Source: Bacillota bacterium (GTDB taxonomy: Bacteria > Bacillota > JAAYKD01). Taken from it: a DNA stretch of 64,000 bases. Shown here piece after piece: positions 9,738-18,880 of this stretch. Positions within the stretch are counted from its first letter, which is position 1. Each line of letters begins with the position of its first letter. The notes under the pieces were generated by a model, which saw only the letters and a program-made list of their open reading frames with translations, was not told the origin of the DNA and did no database searches. The translations under genes and the position numbers were made by a program. The stretch covers positions 1,024,001 to 1,088,000 of the forward strand of contig OY762825.2 of NCBI GenBank assembly GCA_963666425.2. Reading direction: 5' to 3'.

Positions 9738-11543
9738 TCAGCTCTCGTTTTGCGCTTCAATTTGCTCTTTAAGTTCATGTAAATAAAGCCAGCGTTCATT
9801 CAAAATCTCCAGGGCGGATTTTAGGGTTTCTAATTCTGAGCCCAATTCCAACAAACGAACATAGTCGCTCGAAGCCTGTTCCATTTTCTTGGAACAGGAA
9901 GCAATTTTCCCCTCTAGGACCGCTATGTCAGTATCAATCGATTCAAATTCTCGCAGTTCCTTGAAGGTGAATTTTAGCTTCTTTGGTTTTGGCAAATCGC
10001 CGTTTGACTCCGGGGTTTCTCGATTTTTCGATGCAGTTTCTTTTCTTTCTTTGTCCTGTTGCGGAAGAGGACGCTTTTCCAAATAGTCGCTAAAATTTCC
10101 GCTATAGGCTGTGATTTCGCCGCCTTCCACCACTTCAAAAATGGAACTGGACACTTTGTCAAGAAAATAGCGGTCGTGGGAAACGGCAAGGACCGCGCCC
10201 GGAAACGATTCTAAGTACTCTTCCAAAATGGTCAAGGTCTCAATGTCTAAATCGTTCGTGGGCTCATCTAACAATAAAATATTAGGTGCGGCCATGAGAA
10301 TGCTTAAAAGGAAAAGCCGGCGCCGTTCCCCGCCACTAAGTTTGCCAATTTCAGTATATTGCAGGTCAGCGGGAAACAAAAACTGATTTAGCATTTGTGC
10401 GGCGGTAAAGCTGCCCTCATCGGTCTGGATTTCGCCTGCGATTTCATGAATAAAGTCATACACTCTCATCGTGTCATCTAGTCCCCGAGATTCTTGGGTG
10501 AGATAACCTATTTTAATTGTAGAACCAATCTCCACGCTTCCCGTATCCGGCAGCACCCTGCCGGCAATAATATTTAGTAGCGTCGATTTTCCAACACCAT
10601 TTTTCCCCACAATACCGATGCGATCGTCGCGCAAGATGTTATAGGAAAAGTTGCTCAAAACACACAGATCTTCATATTTTTTAGAAACATCGACCAATTT
10701 GATCAGTTTTTTTCCAATTCGACTGGAAAGGGTCGCTATAGTAAGGCTGTCTGAATCTGAGGGACCTTCTTGCTCCTTGAGCGTCCTATATCGCTCGATG
10801 CGATCACGGCTTTTTGTGCTGCGTGCTCGGGGACCACGCATAATCCATTGTTGTTCCTTACGCAAAAGCGTTTGACGCTTGCGTTCGTTTGCATCTGCAA
10901 TGTCCTCGCGTTGTGCCTTGTATTCTAAATACTTTGAATAATTCGCTTCATAATGATAAAGCTTTGCATTTGATAACTCCGTAATACGGTTGGCAACACG
11001 TTCTAGAAAATAGCGATCATGAGTCACCATAATCAGCCCACCCGTAAATCGGCTGAGCCATTGTTCCAGCCAGAGAACCATGTCGTTATCCAAATGGTTG
11101 GTTGGTTCGTCGAGAATCAAGATGTCTGAGGGATGTGTAAGCACGGCAGCTAAGGCCACTCTTCTGCGTTGACCACCGGAAAGTGTTCCTATTAGAGCAT
11201 TTTGTTCCGTTATCTCGAGACGTGTCAACATGGCGATTACTTCATACTCATTAATCTTTCGAAATTGTGGAGGAAATTCCGAAAACACTTGTTCCAGCAC
11301 AGTCAACTCATCATTCATCACCGGGTTCTGGGGCAAAAAAGAGATTTGGACACCTCTTTGAATGGTAATAGTTCCTTCATCTGGCGTTTCCAAACCAGCT
11401 AGAATGCGAAGCAGCGTGCTTTTCCCCGAGGCGTTCAGGCCAATGATGCCGATTCGCTCTCTTTCGTTTAAATATAGAGACGTATCTTGTAGCAGCTGTT
11501 TCATGCCATAATTTTTAGATAAATGTTCAGCAGATAATAGCAT
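9738..11543 (-). CDS. ABC-F family ATPase, Uup/YfmR-like
   Basis: Two NBDs (GLNASGKST, LSGGQ, LDEPTNHLD; GKNGVGKST, LSGGE, LDEPTNDLD), no TM segments, Uup-type C-terminal coiled coil. Confidence 0.9.
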   Translation of the reverse strand: MLLSAEHLSKNYGMKQLLQDTSLYLNERERIGIIGLNASGKSTLLRILAGLETPDEGTITIQRGVQISFLPQNPVMNDELTVLEQVFSEFPPQFRKINEYEVIAMLTRLEITEQNALIGTLSGGQRRRVALAAVLTHPSDILILDEPTNHLDNDMVLWLEQWLSRFTGGLIMVTHDRYFLERVANRITELSNAKLYHYEANYSKYLEYKAQREDIADANERKRQTLLRKEQQWIMRGPRARSTKSRDRIERYRTLKEQEGPSDSDSLTIATLSSRIGKKLIKLVDVSKKYEDLCVLSNFSYNILRDDRIGIVGKNGVGKSTLLNIIAGRVLPDTGSVEIGSTIKIGYLTQESRGLDDTMRVYDFIHEIAGEIQTDEGSFTAAQMLNQFLFPADLQYTEIGKLSGGERRRLFLLSILMAAPNILLLDEPTNDLDIETLTILEEYLESFPGAVLAVSHDRYFLDKVSSSIFEVVEGGEITAYSGNFSDYLEKRPLPQQDKERKETASKNRETPESNGDLPKPKKLKFTFKELREFESIDTDIAVLEGKIASCSKKMEQASSDYVRLLELGSELETLKSALEILNERWLYLHELKEQIEAQNES

Positions 11544-11668
11544 TGTGTCTCCTTTAAAGGTTTCATTAAAACCACTATTTTTCCTTATTTTCTTGCTCCA
11601 GCAATTATATGAGCCTTCTATATTCTAACATACTATACTTCCATCGCAAAGCTCTGTCTGTAAGGATT

Positions 11669-11907
11669 TCAACATGTCGTATCTGGCAGAGGATGCCGTA
11701 CTGGACGGCACCTTACAAAAGCAAGCGGAAGCTGTGGAACAACTGCTGCAGCAAATTAAGAGTAGTCACGGTGAGCACAAATAAACGGATTGCTTAATCG
11801 CTTTCAAGAATCCTAAATAAACCTCAAACTGTAAAAAGGAAAAGCTCTCCTTCTGATTAGTACGTAGCAGCGATATCACTACGTTCTGTTCAGAAGGAGA
11901 GCTTTTT
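11669..11907 (+). repeat. Copy 2 of the hutU 3'-end plus hairpin repeat
   Basis: About 94% identical to hutU 9314-9424 in the coding part, followed by the same CTAAATAAACC..AAACTGTAAAAA and hairpin. Confidence 0.95.
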
Positions 11908-11944
11908 CTCTACAAAACTCTGCAAGATCTACCCATCAATTGGT

Positions 11945-13852
11945 TTATGGTTTCTCAACAATCGTCAGCACCATATTTTCTCCTTTGATACCAACAAAAT
12001 ACATGCGCTGCGCGTAACTGCTGGTTGCTGCCAGCAATGAATTGTCGCCCAACATTGCTGTAGGGCCACCTTTCCAACCACCTATACCGTATTGCGGACT
12101 TTGCAGGACATCTTCAAAATCAATCAACCAAAATTCTTTTTCCCATTCATTACCCTGCAGATGATACCAAGCAAAAGCGAGTGGGAAGTTTAGTTGCGAG
12201 TTTAATGTATATTCACTCGACATTTTGGTTCGTGATGCGAAGAATTTTCCTTGAGACGAAAAGAATACATTGGCACCAACCGGCGCAAAGTGCAGATCGT
12301 CTATCTGAGTAGCTTGGTCCGATTCGATCAGTTGGCGGTGCGAGACCAGATTAGTTTCTGAAACAGTACTGCTAGATATTAGATAGTCAACCCATACCAT
12401 ACCCGGCGCTGCTTTCAACTGGATTACTTCATCGCAAATCTGCTGCCTGATTTGGTTTGTAACGAGGCTCAACTGTGCAAATCCTTCGGAAATAGGGCTA
12501 TTATCCCGCGTAACGACTTTTTTCACCCAGGTAAAAACCAATTGCTCGTTATCGATAAATTTCAATTCCTGCAAGATTATATTATCACTCGTATCTAACT
12601 GACTTGCCGGATAGGTTTTTTGATTTGCCAGTTCCCCGAGATTGCCTACCTGACAAATTTGAATGGCATTTTCCTCTTCGTCAATGTAAGCGCAGAGAGA
12701 CAAATCCGGTGTAAAATGCAGTTTTGACTGCCGCCACAAAGCAGGAATTGGTAGTTTCATCGAATAAAGCTCCGTTATTTTCTGATTTTCCACTGTGAAG
12801 AGAGTCAGTGTTTCCGGCACATAGGCGGATTGCCCTGGAGCATAAGCAAATGTGGTTTCATTCAGTCTTTCTAAAAAATACGCCGGATAGTCCTGCAGAC
12901 TTTGCGTGAACTTAATTTGATCGATCGTTTGTCCTGTTCGCCAATTGAGTAAGACTGCATTGATTTGTTTTTCTCTCTCATAAACTAACAGGACATGGTC
13001 ATTATCAATTTCATAGATATACTCCAAGCCGTTGGGTACCGTGATGGATGATTCTTCTGTCCATTGTTTGACCGTTGATAAGAATGGGAGTGCGATCGTA
13101 GTTTTTTTGGTAACGGCAGCTGTGTAACCTTTCGCTGCTAAATTCTTCAAAAAAGTTGATTGATAAGCAACATGAGCTTCGTATGTCCTTTGTACGTAGT
13201 AATCATTTTCGACCATCGGAGATAACACAACCCAATTGTCATTCAAGACAGAACAATTCGGATCATATTTCTCGGCGTTAACTGCATTGCCATCCGCATA
13301 ATAGCGAAAAGAAATAACATTTTGTATTTTCTCTTTTGGAACCACAGGCTCAGATCTTTTCTGGAGAAAAATTTCGCCGATGTCTTCATATAAGATTACA
13401 TAGGCAGTATTGCTGCCTTGGTCGGCGCCTGCTAAATACACCGGGTGATCAAGCAGAAAACGCTGGATGTCTACTTCTCCGTTCAGATTTTCAAAGCTGT
13501 TTTCCAGCGGTTGGCCGGTGATCGGATCTAGTCTGCTATAAAATGCATTACCTCTATAAATTGAGGAATATTGTTTCCAAAAACATGTATACCGATCTTC
13601 TTTTTTCTCCGCTTTGCCAGAAGGAACAATTACAATACCACCATGCTCAGAAATTTCCTGTGAATAAATTGCGGCATTCTCCAACAAAAGCTGTGCAAAT
13701 TGCGTATATTGTTCCTGGTTATCCAGTAGAATTTTCGCTCTGGCTTCCATGTTCAATGGATTTATTTTTAACCCGGAACAGGAAGATGAAAGTAGAACCA
13801 AGGCAATCAGAATCAATAACGAAACGGCTCGGTTTCTCTTATAGCTGATCAA
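11945..13852 (-). CDS. Hypothetical large lipoprotein
   Basis: 635 aa ORF, signal peptide ending LLSSSC, RBS GGAGG, lower GC; beta-rich C-terminal half (fold not assigned). Confidence 0.75.
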   Translation of the reverse strand: MISYKRNRAVSLLILIALVLLSSSCSGLKINPLNMEARAKILLDNQEQYTQFAQLLLENAAIYSQEISEHGGIVIVPSGKAEKKEDRYTCFWKQYSSIYRGNAFYSRLDPITGQPLENSFENLNGEVDIQRFLLDHPVYLAGADQGSNTAYVILYEDIGEIFLQKRSEPVVPKEKIQNVISFRYYADGNAVNAEKYDPNCSVLNDNWVVLSPMVENDYYVQRTYEAHVAYQSTFLKNLAAKGYTAAVTKKTTIALPFLSTVKQWTEESSITVPNGLEYIYEIDNDHVLLVYEREKQINAVLLNWRTGQTIDQIKFTQSLQDYPAYFLERLNETTFAYAPGQSAYVPETLTLFTVENQKITELYSMKLPIPALWRQSKLHFTPDLSLCAYIDEEENAIQICQVGNLGELANQKTYPASQLDTSDNIILQELKFIDNEQLVFTWVKKVVTRDNSPISEGFAQLSLVTNQIRQQICDEVIQLKAAPGMVWVDYLISSSTVSETNLVSHRQLIESDQATQIDDLHFAPVGANVFFSSQGKFFASRTKMSSEYTLNSQLNFPLAFAWYHLQGNEWEKEFWLIDFEDVLQSPQYGIGGWKGGPTAMLGDNSLLAATSSYAQRMYFVGIKGENMVLTIVEKP

Positions 13853-14009
13853 TCGAAACCCCTCCCTTTGGTGATAAATACAATGTCTGTCATCACTGAA
13901 ACCTTTCCTATAATTGAGAAGATGGGATAGCCGCGATAGAATTACGTTTTCCTTCCACTTGGCTTCTAAATTGTCTCATTCAATCTTTCTTTGGTAGCTT
14001 CTACTATAT

Positions 14010-14036
14010 AGACGGGTTGAACGGAGAAAAATTTCC
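14010..14036 (-). promoter_or_regulatory. ECF-sigma-type promoter of the lipoprotein gene
   Basis: GGAAATTT-N13-CCGTCT on the minus strand; same motif at 20325-20352 and 20483-20509. Confidence 0.7.
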
Positions 14037-14138
14037 GTACAAACTATAATCTACATAATGTTTCAAATTGCTTTATTAAAATATATGCGCTGGCTTTTCT
14101 GGATCATTAACCACTGGGTTGACAAGGACGGTAAACTA

Positions 14139-14190
14139 TGGAACAGCTGCTGCAGTCCAAGCAAACAATTACGGTGAGCACAAGCAGACA
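14139..14190 (+). repeat. Copy 3 (degenerate) of the hutU 3' end
   Basis: Blocks TGGAACAGCTGCTGCAG (17 nt) and TACGGTGAGCACAA (14 nt) are identical to the hutU tail with near-identical spacing. Confidence 0.8.
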
Positions 14191-14241
14191 AAATAGAACA
14201 GCGACCGGCAGCCCTCAGCAAAACCGGTCACTGTTCTATTT
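14191..14241. terminator. Intrinsic terminator hairpin
   Basis: AAATAGAACAGCGACCGG...CCGGTCACTGTTCTATTT. Confidence 0.75.
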
Positions 14242-14268
14242 CTCACTGTCATGCTCAGAGTTTCATTA

Positions 14269-16011
14269 TCAAATCGAGATATTCTTGAGCCATTGTTCCT
14301 GATACGCATGCTGCGGCCAGTTTTCAGGGTTAAGCGGTCTGCCGCGCAAATCGAGAATCAGACCGCAAATTCCGCCCTGTACGCTGCAATGCAAACGAGT
14401 CAGCGGCCACTTGGCTCCGTTTTGCGGGAAGATTTGAAGCTGTGCAGTTTCTTCCTGCCCTAAAGGGATGGTCAGCAGTTCTCCCCAGTTGCCCTGCAAG
14501 CGGATCTGTCTGCCGCTATTGGTTTGGCCTATCACAGTCATGGCGGGGCTGCCATTTTTGGGCTGTCCGCTCGGGGCTAAAACCGTGCCTAAGGAAATCA
14601 GGCCTTCCCTCACCAGAAGATCCAAAGCACCTGGCAGGTCCACCTGCGAAAAGATGCCCAAATGAGGCAGCATAAAAACGGAGTCAACCAGCAGTTCCAC
14701 AATGCCTTCCGGTTGAAAGGCATCTATCAGCATGAGAGCCGCTTCCCCGCGGTTGGGAGCATTGCTGAGCACCCCACCGGAACCAATGATCACATCAAAA
14801 TTCCGTATGGTAATCTCTTTGACATGCTTGGTGCTCAGATTATCGAGCAAACCTTTGGGGATCTGTATCTTAGCCAGCGCCTGATGGTCTTGAAATGCCA
14901 GCCGCAAAGCCTCTCTGGCTACGGCTTGTTCTACCCGTAATTCTGCTGTCAGTGTTGGAATTGTTGTGGGATAGATTAATTTATTGCCGATTTGCTCCTG
15001 CAGCTCTTCCTCTGTGAGATTGATTTCTTTCGGCAGCCAACGCAGAATATTAGCAAATCCTGTGCTGGCGGCCACATGGCCGATACTGTAACTCATACCA
15101 TAATTGGCGCCAACGGATCGGACGTACGCTTGCTCAATCACCGAGAATACATCGGTTGTTGCGCCGCCGATATCCACACAGAGGATATTTTTCTGCCTTA
15201 ATTTCGCATACTCCAACAAAATGATCCCAACCGCCATGGGAGTAGGGATGATCGGTAAGGCGACTGCCTGATGCAGCTTGGCATAACCAGGCGCATGGGA
15301 CATCACATGCTCCACAAAGATTTCTTGAATGGCCTCTCTGGCAGGTGCCAGATTCTCCTGCCAAAAGGTCGGACGCAGATTATCGATCATTTTCAGCGCA
15401 AAAGAACTCCCCAGCAGATCATTTACCAATTCAGCCGCTTTCTCGCTGCCTGCATAGAGGATCGGCAGAGCGTACTGGTAACCAAATTTCGCTTTCGGCT
15501 GCGCCTCACGAATAAAATCACACATTTCAATCAGGAAGGACCCGGCTTCTGCGCCATCCACCCCTCCCGCGATCAAAATCATATCCGGGTGCAGGTTGCG
15601 CAAACATTCAATGCGTTCCAAGGCTGTGAGACCGTCGTCCGCTGCAAAAACCTGCAATAACACAGCACCCCCGCCCAAGGCGGCTCGCTCGGCACTTTCC
15701 GCTGAGATATGACTGACTTGACCGCAAACCACCATCTGCAGCCCGCCACCCGCGGAACTGGTGGATAGATAGGTAATTTCCGGCAACAATTCCTTGCCTG
15801 CCGCACAAAACAAAGATTGATTGCTGCGTTCCTCCAGCAAACGAATGGAACGGCTGACTCCAATCATCACATCCTCGTCAGGCGCTTCTACCGTAGTCGC
15901 CGTCTCGCCTCTGGCCAGTAAACGCCATGTATTGTCTTCTTTACCAAAAAGCAAGGCTTTGGTTGTCGTACTGCCTACATCGGTAACCAGGATTCGCTGC
16001 GGTATGCTCAT
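14269..16011 (-). CDS. GlmL/MutL (glutamate mutase L) family ASKHA-fold ATPase, long form
   Basis: Motifs TDVGSTTTKA, TSSAGGGLQM, AERAALGGGA, LIAGGVDG, VDIGGATTDVFS, IIGSGGVLS. Confidence 0.85.
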   Translation of the reverse strand: MSIPQRILVTDVGSTTTKALLFGKEDNTWRLLARGETATTVEAPDEDVMIGVSRSIRLLEERSNQSLFCAAGKELLPEITYLSTSSAGGGLQMVVCGQVSHISAESAERAALGGGAVLLQVFAADDGLTALERIECLRNLHPDMILIAGGVDGAEAGSFLIEMCDFIREAQPKAKFGYQYALPILYAGSEKAAELVNDLLGSSFALKMIDNLRPTFWQENLAPAREAIQEIFVEHVMSHAPGYAKLHQAVALPIIPTPMAVGIILLEYAKLRQKNILCVDIGGATTDVFSVIEQAYVRSVGANYGMSYSIGHVAASTGFANILRWLPKEINLTEEELQEQIGNKLIYPTTIPTLTAELRVEQAVAREALRLAFQDHQALAKIQIPKGLLDNLSTKHVKEITIRNFDVIIGSGGVLSNAPNRGEAALMLIDAFQPEGIVELLVDSVFMLPHLGIFSQVDLPGALDLLVREGLISLGTVLAPSGQPKNGSPAMTVIGQTNSGRQIRLQGNWGELLTIPLGQEETAQLQIFPQNGAKWPLTRLHCSVQGGICGLILDLRGRPLNPENWPQHAYQEQWLKNISI

Positions 16012-16871
16012 AGCGGATCACCCTCTTTCACCATGACATCCGGTGCAAAATGACTTTGCCAAAAGCGGTCATGCACTCCGTAAAGGATCAGGTTGCCACG
16101 AAATTGATCCGAGTTTTGTTTACGCTGCGGCCAAAACCCGTTTTCCTGATCACCTTTGATCTTGATCACGCGGCGCCGATCCAACTCCTGCCAAAGCAAG
16201 GCAGCCGTTGTTTGAAACGCCGCGACAAGTTCTTGCTCACTGCGGTCCGGCTTGAGATAGTCGCGCAGAAAATCTTCCAGCTGCGTTTCCAATGCAGCGA
16301 CGGAAACAGTCCAAAAATCCCATTGTTCTGTCAGCTCGTCGAGTTGGATGATGGGGATTTTCTTCGTCTGTTTGGTACGCTCATCATAAAAACGGGGAAG
16401 CAGCGGCGTAACCGCCGCGAGGGTTTCGTAATCGCTATAACCCATCTTGATCAAGCTGGCCAGCGCAAGATCATAATGAATCATCTCACCGTTGGGTTCC
16501 ATGGAGCGGAATAAATTCTGCATCTGCGGCTGCAGCAGTGTCGTAATCCGCTCTCTCTCCTGTGATGTTTCTTTGGTCTGCAGATGTACCAATAAGACAT
16601 TTTTACCGTATGAAAAGCTGAGGCAAAGCCAAGGACTGTCACTGACTTTGGCTTCTTCCACATCTATAGAATAAAGCGCAGGAGCGATCGGGTGCCCGCA
16701 TTTTTGACACGCACTGATCCATGCCGGCCATAAGTTCATTTGAATGCCGGCAAAAGCGGTCAGAGCACAGAATACAGCTTCATTTTTTATTTGTTTCTCT
16801 TCTCGAAATCGGAGTAATTCGGGTTGCCACTGATCCGCTAACGAGAAAACCAATGCATCAAAATAACTCAA
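16008..16871 (-). CDS. Hypothetical protein (one CxxC)
   Basis: 287 aa ORF, RBS GAGGTG, ATGA overlap with the GlmL-like gene. Confidence 0.7.
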   Translation of the reverse strand: MSYFDALVFSLADQWQPELLRFREEKQIKNEAVFCALTAFAGIQMNLWPAWISACQKCGHPIAPALYSIDVEEAKVSDSPWLCLSFSYGKNVLLVHLQTKETSQERERITTLLQPQMQNLFRSMEPNGEMIHYDLALASLIKMGYSDYETLAAVTPLLPRFYDERTKQTKKIPIIQLDELTEQWDFWTVSVAALETQLEDFLRDYLKPDRSEQELVAAFQTTAALLWQELDRRRVIKIKGDQENGFWPQRKQNSDQFRGNLILYGVHDRFWQSHFAPDVMVKEGDPL

Positions 16872-16883
16872 ACTAAGATCACC

Positions 16884-18200
16884 TCAGACTTTCTGACAAT
16901 TCTGCAGAGGGAGTTTTATTTCTTCACCCGATTCCAACCGGACAGCCAACAAAGCAATTTTCGCCCCTGCCACAGCAGCATCCTGTTCGGCAGTCAGTGC
17001 AACCACAACTGCGCTCTTGCCAAAGTGGGGCTGACGTACGATCACAACACGATCTCCCGGCTGCAAACTGCGATTTTCAGCGGGAGCTTCTTCGTAAATG
17101 GCATCCGGAGCAGCTGTCTGATTGGCAAACAGTATTTCCGGGCGAATCATGCCGGCGCGTAATTGCGTTTTCCCATCAATTGCCGCCCGTTTGCCAGCCA
17201 GACTTGCCAATTCCAGATAGCGCTTTTCAGACATGCTGCCGCTAAAACCCTGCATCAGAATTATGGTAAAGGGAAGATGCATACGATGTCCCATAATCTG
17301 CAGAGGTTCCTGTTGGCTGAATTCGCGCAAAATACTTGGCTGGATACTGCCGGCAATCAGACCGACCGCTCCGGCTTGCTCCAAACTTCTCAGCGCTTGC
17401 AACGTCACGCCGCGCCGAACCATGACGATCCTGTCATGTAAGTCATGCGCTACTTCTGCGGCGCTCAAATCCGCATCCTGCGATTTCAGCGGCAGCAGGA
17501 TACCATTCTGTTCCTGCCCAAACCCGATGATTCCCTGAAAACGAAAACCGTAACCATCGATGATAACTTCATCCTCACTGATCTGCCGAACCACTCCATC
17601 CAGATGTGCTCTGAATACCCTAGCTTGCTGCGGCATCACTTGCTTTGCTTTTGCCAGAGAAGCAGCCAGAAACGAAGCGACTACATCATGGCTAAAGAAA
17701 ATACCGCGATCCATTGCATCCGCTCCGCCGCTGGCAGCTTCTGAAGCGCTTTCTGGCTGAGCGATTTTTCTCAAAACGCTTTGCTTCACTTCCGCATCTG
17801 TGCTCTGCAGTGCTTCCCGGATAAAAATACTGCCCAGAATTTTTGAAACCAAAACGATATGGCCGGACACCGGACTTTTACAGCTTCTTTTCGTAAAGTA
17901 GGCATCTGTCACAACAAGAGGCTCCTCTTTGTTGATCCATTCTCCGCGTTGCTTTGTCATAGATTGCCAGACATCTGCTGCTTCGCAGCCCAATTCGAAC
18001 GCGACATTGCATCGAATCATGCGGCCGGGAATCGAATTGAGCTGACCGATGATGTCTTGGTCATCCACCTTTTGACCCGGTTGCACCAAAATCTCTGCCT
18101 GCCTTGGCAAATGCCGTCTGATTGTCAATTTTTGCTGCATCATTGCCTCCTTTGCGTGATCCATTCTGTGGTTTTCCAGAAATCTTTCCCATGATTCCAA
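16884..18200 (-). CDS. Hypothetical protein with N-terminal barrel-sandwich-hybrid-like repeats and a C-terminal KOW/SH3-like domain
   Basis: Segments ILVQPGQKV, KSPVSGHI, QGIIGFGQE, TQLRAGMIRPEI, LQPGDRVVIVRQPHFGKSAVV; this type is recalled as a neighbour of GlmL-like genes. Confidence 0.75.
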   Translation of the reverse strand: MESWERFLENHRMDHAKEAMMQQKLTIRRHLPRQAEILVQPGQKVDDQDIIGQLNSIPGRMIRCNVAFELGCEAADVWQSMTKQRGEWINKEEPLVVTDAYFTKRSCKSPVSGHIVLVSKILGSIFIREALQSTDAEVKQSVLRKIAQPESASEAASGGADAMDRGIFFSHDVVASFLAASLAKAKQVMPQQARVFRAHLDGVVRQISEDEVIIDGYGFRFQGIIGFGQEQNGILLPLKSQDADLSAAEVAHDLHDRIVMVRRGVTLQALRSLEQAGAVGLIAGSIQPSILREFSQQEPLQIMGHRMHLPFTIILMQGFSGSMSEKRYLELASLAGKRAAIDGKTQLRAGMIRPEILFANQTAAPDAIYEEAPAENRSLQPGDRVVIVRQPHFGKSAVVVALTAEQDAAVAGAKIALLAVRLESGEEIKLPLQNCQKV

Positions 18201-18253
18201 CGGATTTTCTTACAGGCTTTGTTTCCCAGCAATTGACCATTTATGTCAATAAT

Positions 18254-18284
18254 TATCATTTCTATTTGAGCCTGTGAGTTTCCT
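18254..18284 (-). promoter_or_regulatory. SigH-like promoter of the GlmL-like operon
   Basis: AGGA-N18-GAAATGATA, identical to the motif upstream of comEA. Confidence 0.55.
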
Positions 18285-18464
18285 CTTCTTTACAATTATT
18301 TTTTAATTTCGTTCCTACTCGATTGTTATTCAAAAAAACGCTCCCCTTATGGCAAAATGTAATTTCCTCAAAAAATACATTTTGATTATAAGAAGAGCGT
18401 TATATTGTCTGCTTAAACTGCTTCATGTTTTTAACGATGACCCGAAGCACAAATAAGAAATATG

Positions 18465-18863
18465 TTATCGAACCACAGACTCGCTGACACAAGAGGTAAA
18501 TTCCAGCAATGTCTGCCCATCAAATACCTGCCCTGTAAAGGAAGTCCGATAAGTACCGGCAGTGACCGAACAGGATTCACTCATCTGCAATATATCGGAA
18601 TTCGCACTGTCACTCCAGGAATTGACTGAAATCCAAGAACCTGCTTGATACTTTTGTAACACCAATGCTGTTCGCAGAGTATGTGAATCTACCGTTTCAA
18701 AATTACCCGAACAGTATGCCGTGCCATTTGTATCAATTGACAGTGCCGTATAACAGCTCACAATATAAGTAAATCGCTGCAGTTCCAATTCCGCTGCATA
18801 AACTGAAGAAAAACACAAAGTTAAAATCAAACCAAGCAGAACCAAATAGCTAAACTTTTTCAT
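18465..18863 (-). CDS. Small secreted protein (Ig-like by appearance)
   Basis: Signal peptide MKKFSYLVLLG...VYA, RBS GGAGG, four Cys in the mature part; last gene of the ECF operon. Confidence 0.75.
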   Translation of the reverse strand: MKKFSYLVLLGLILTLCFSSVYAAELELQRFTYIVSCYTALSIDTNGTAYCSGNFETVDSHTLRTALVLQKYQAGSWISVNSWSDSANSDILQMSESCSVTAGTYRTSFTGQVFDGQTLLEFTSCVSESVVR

Positions 18864-18880
18864 CAGGATTCCTCCATTCA

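Noticed and set aside
9309-14190. CRISPR or classical integron interpretation of the repeats
   Set aside because: The repeats are about 240 bp with kb-sized intervals, and there is no cas or intI gene in the window.
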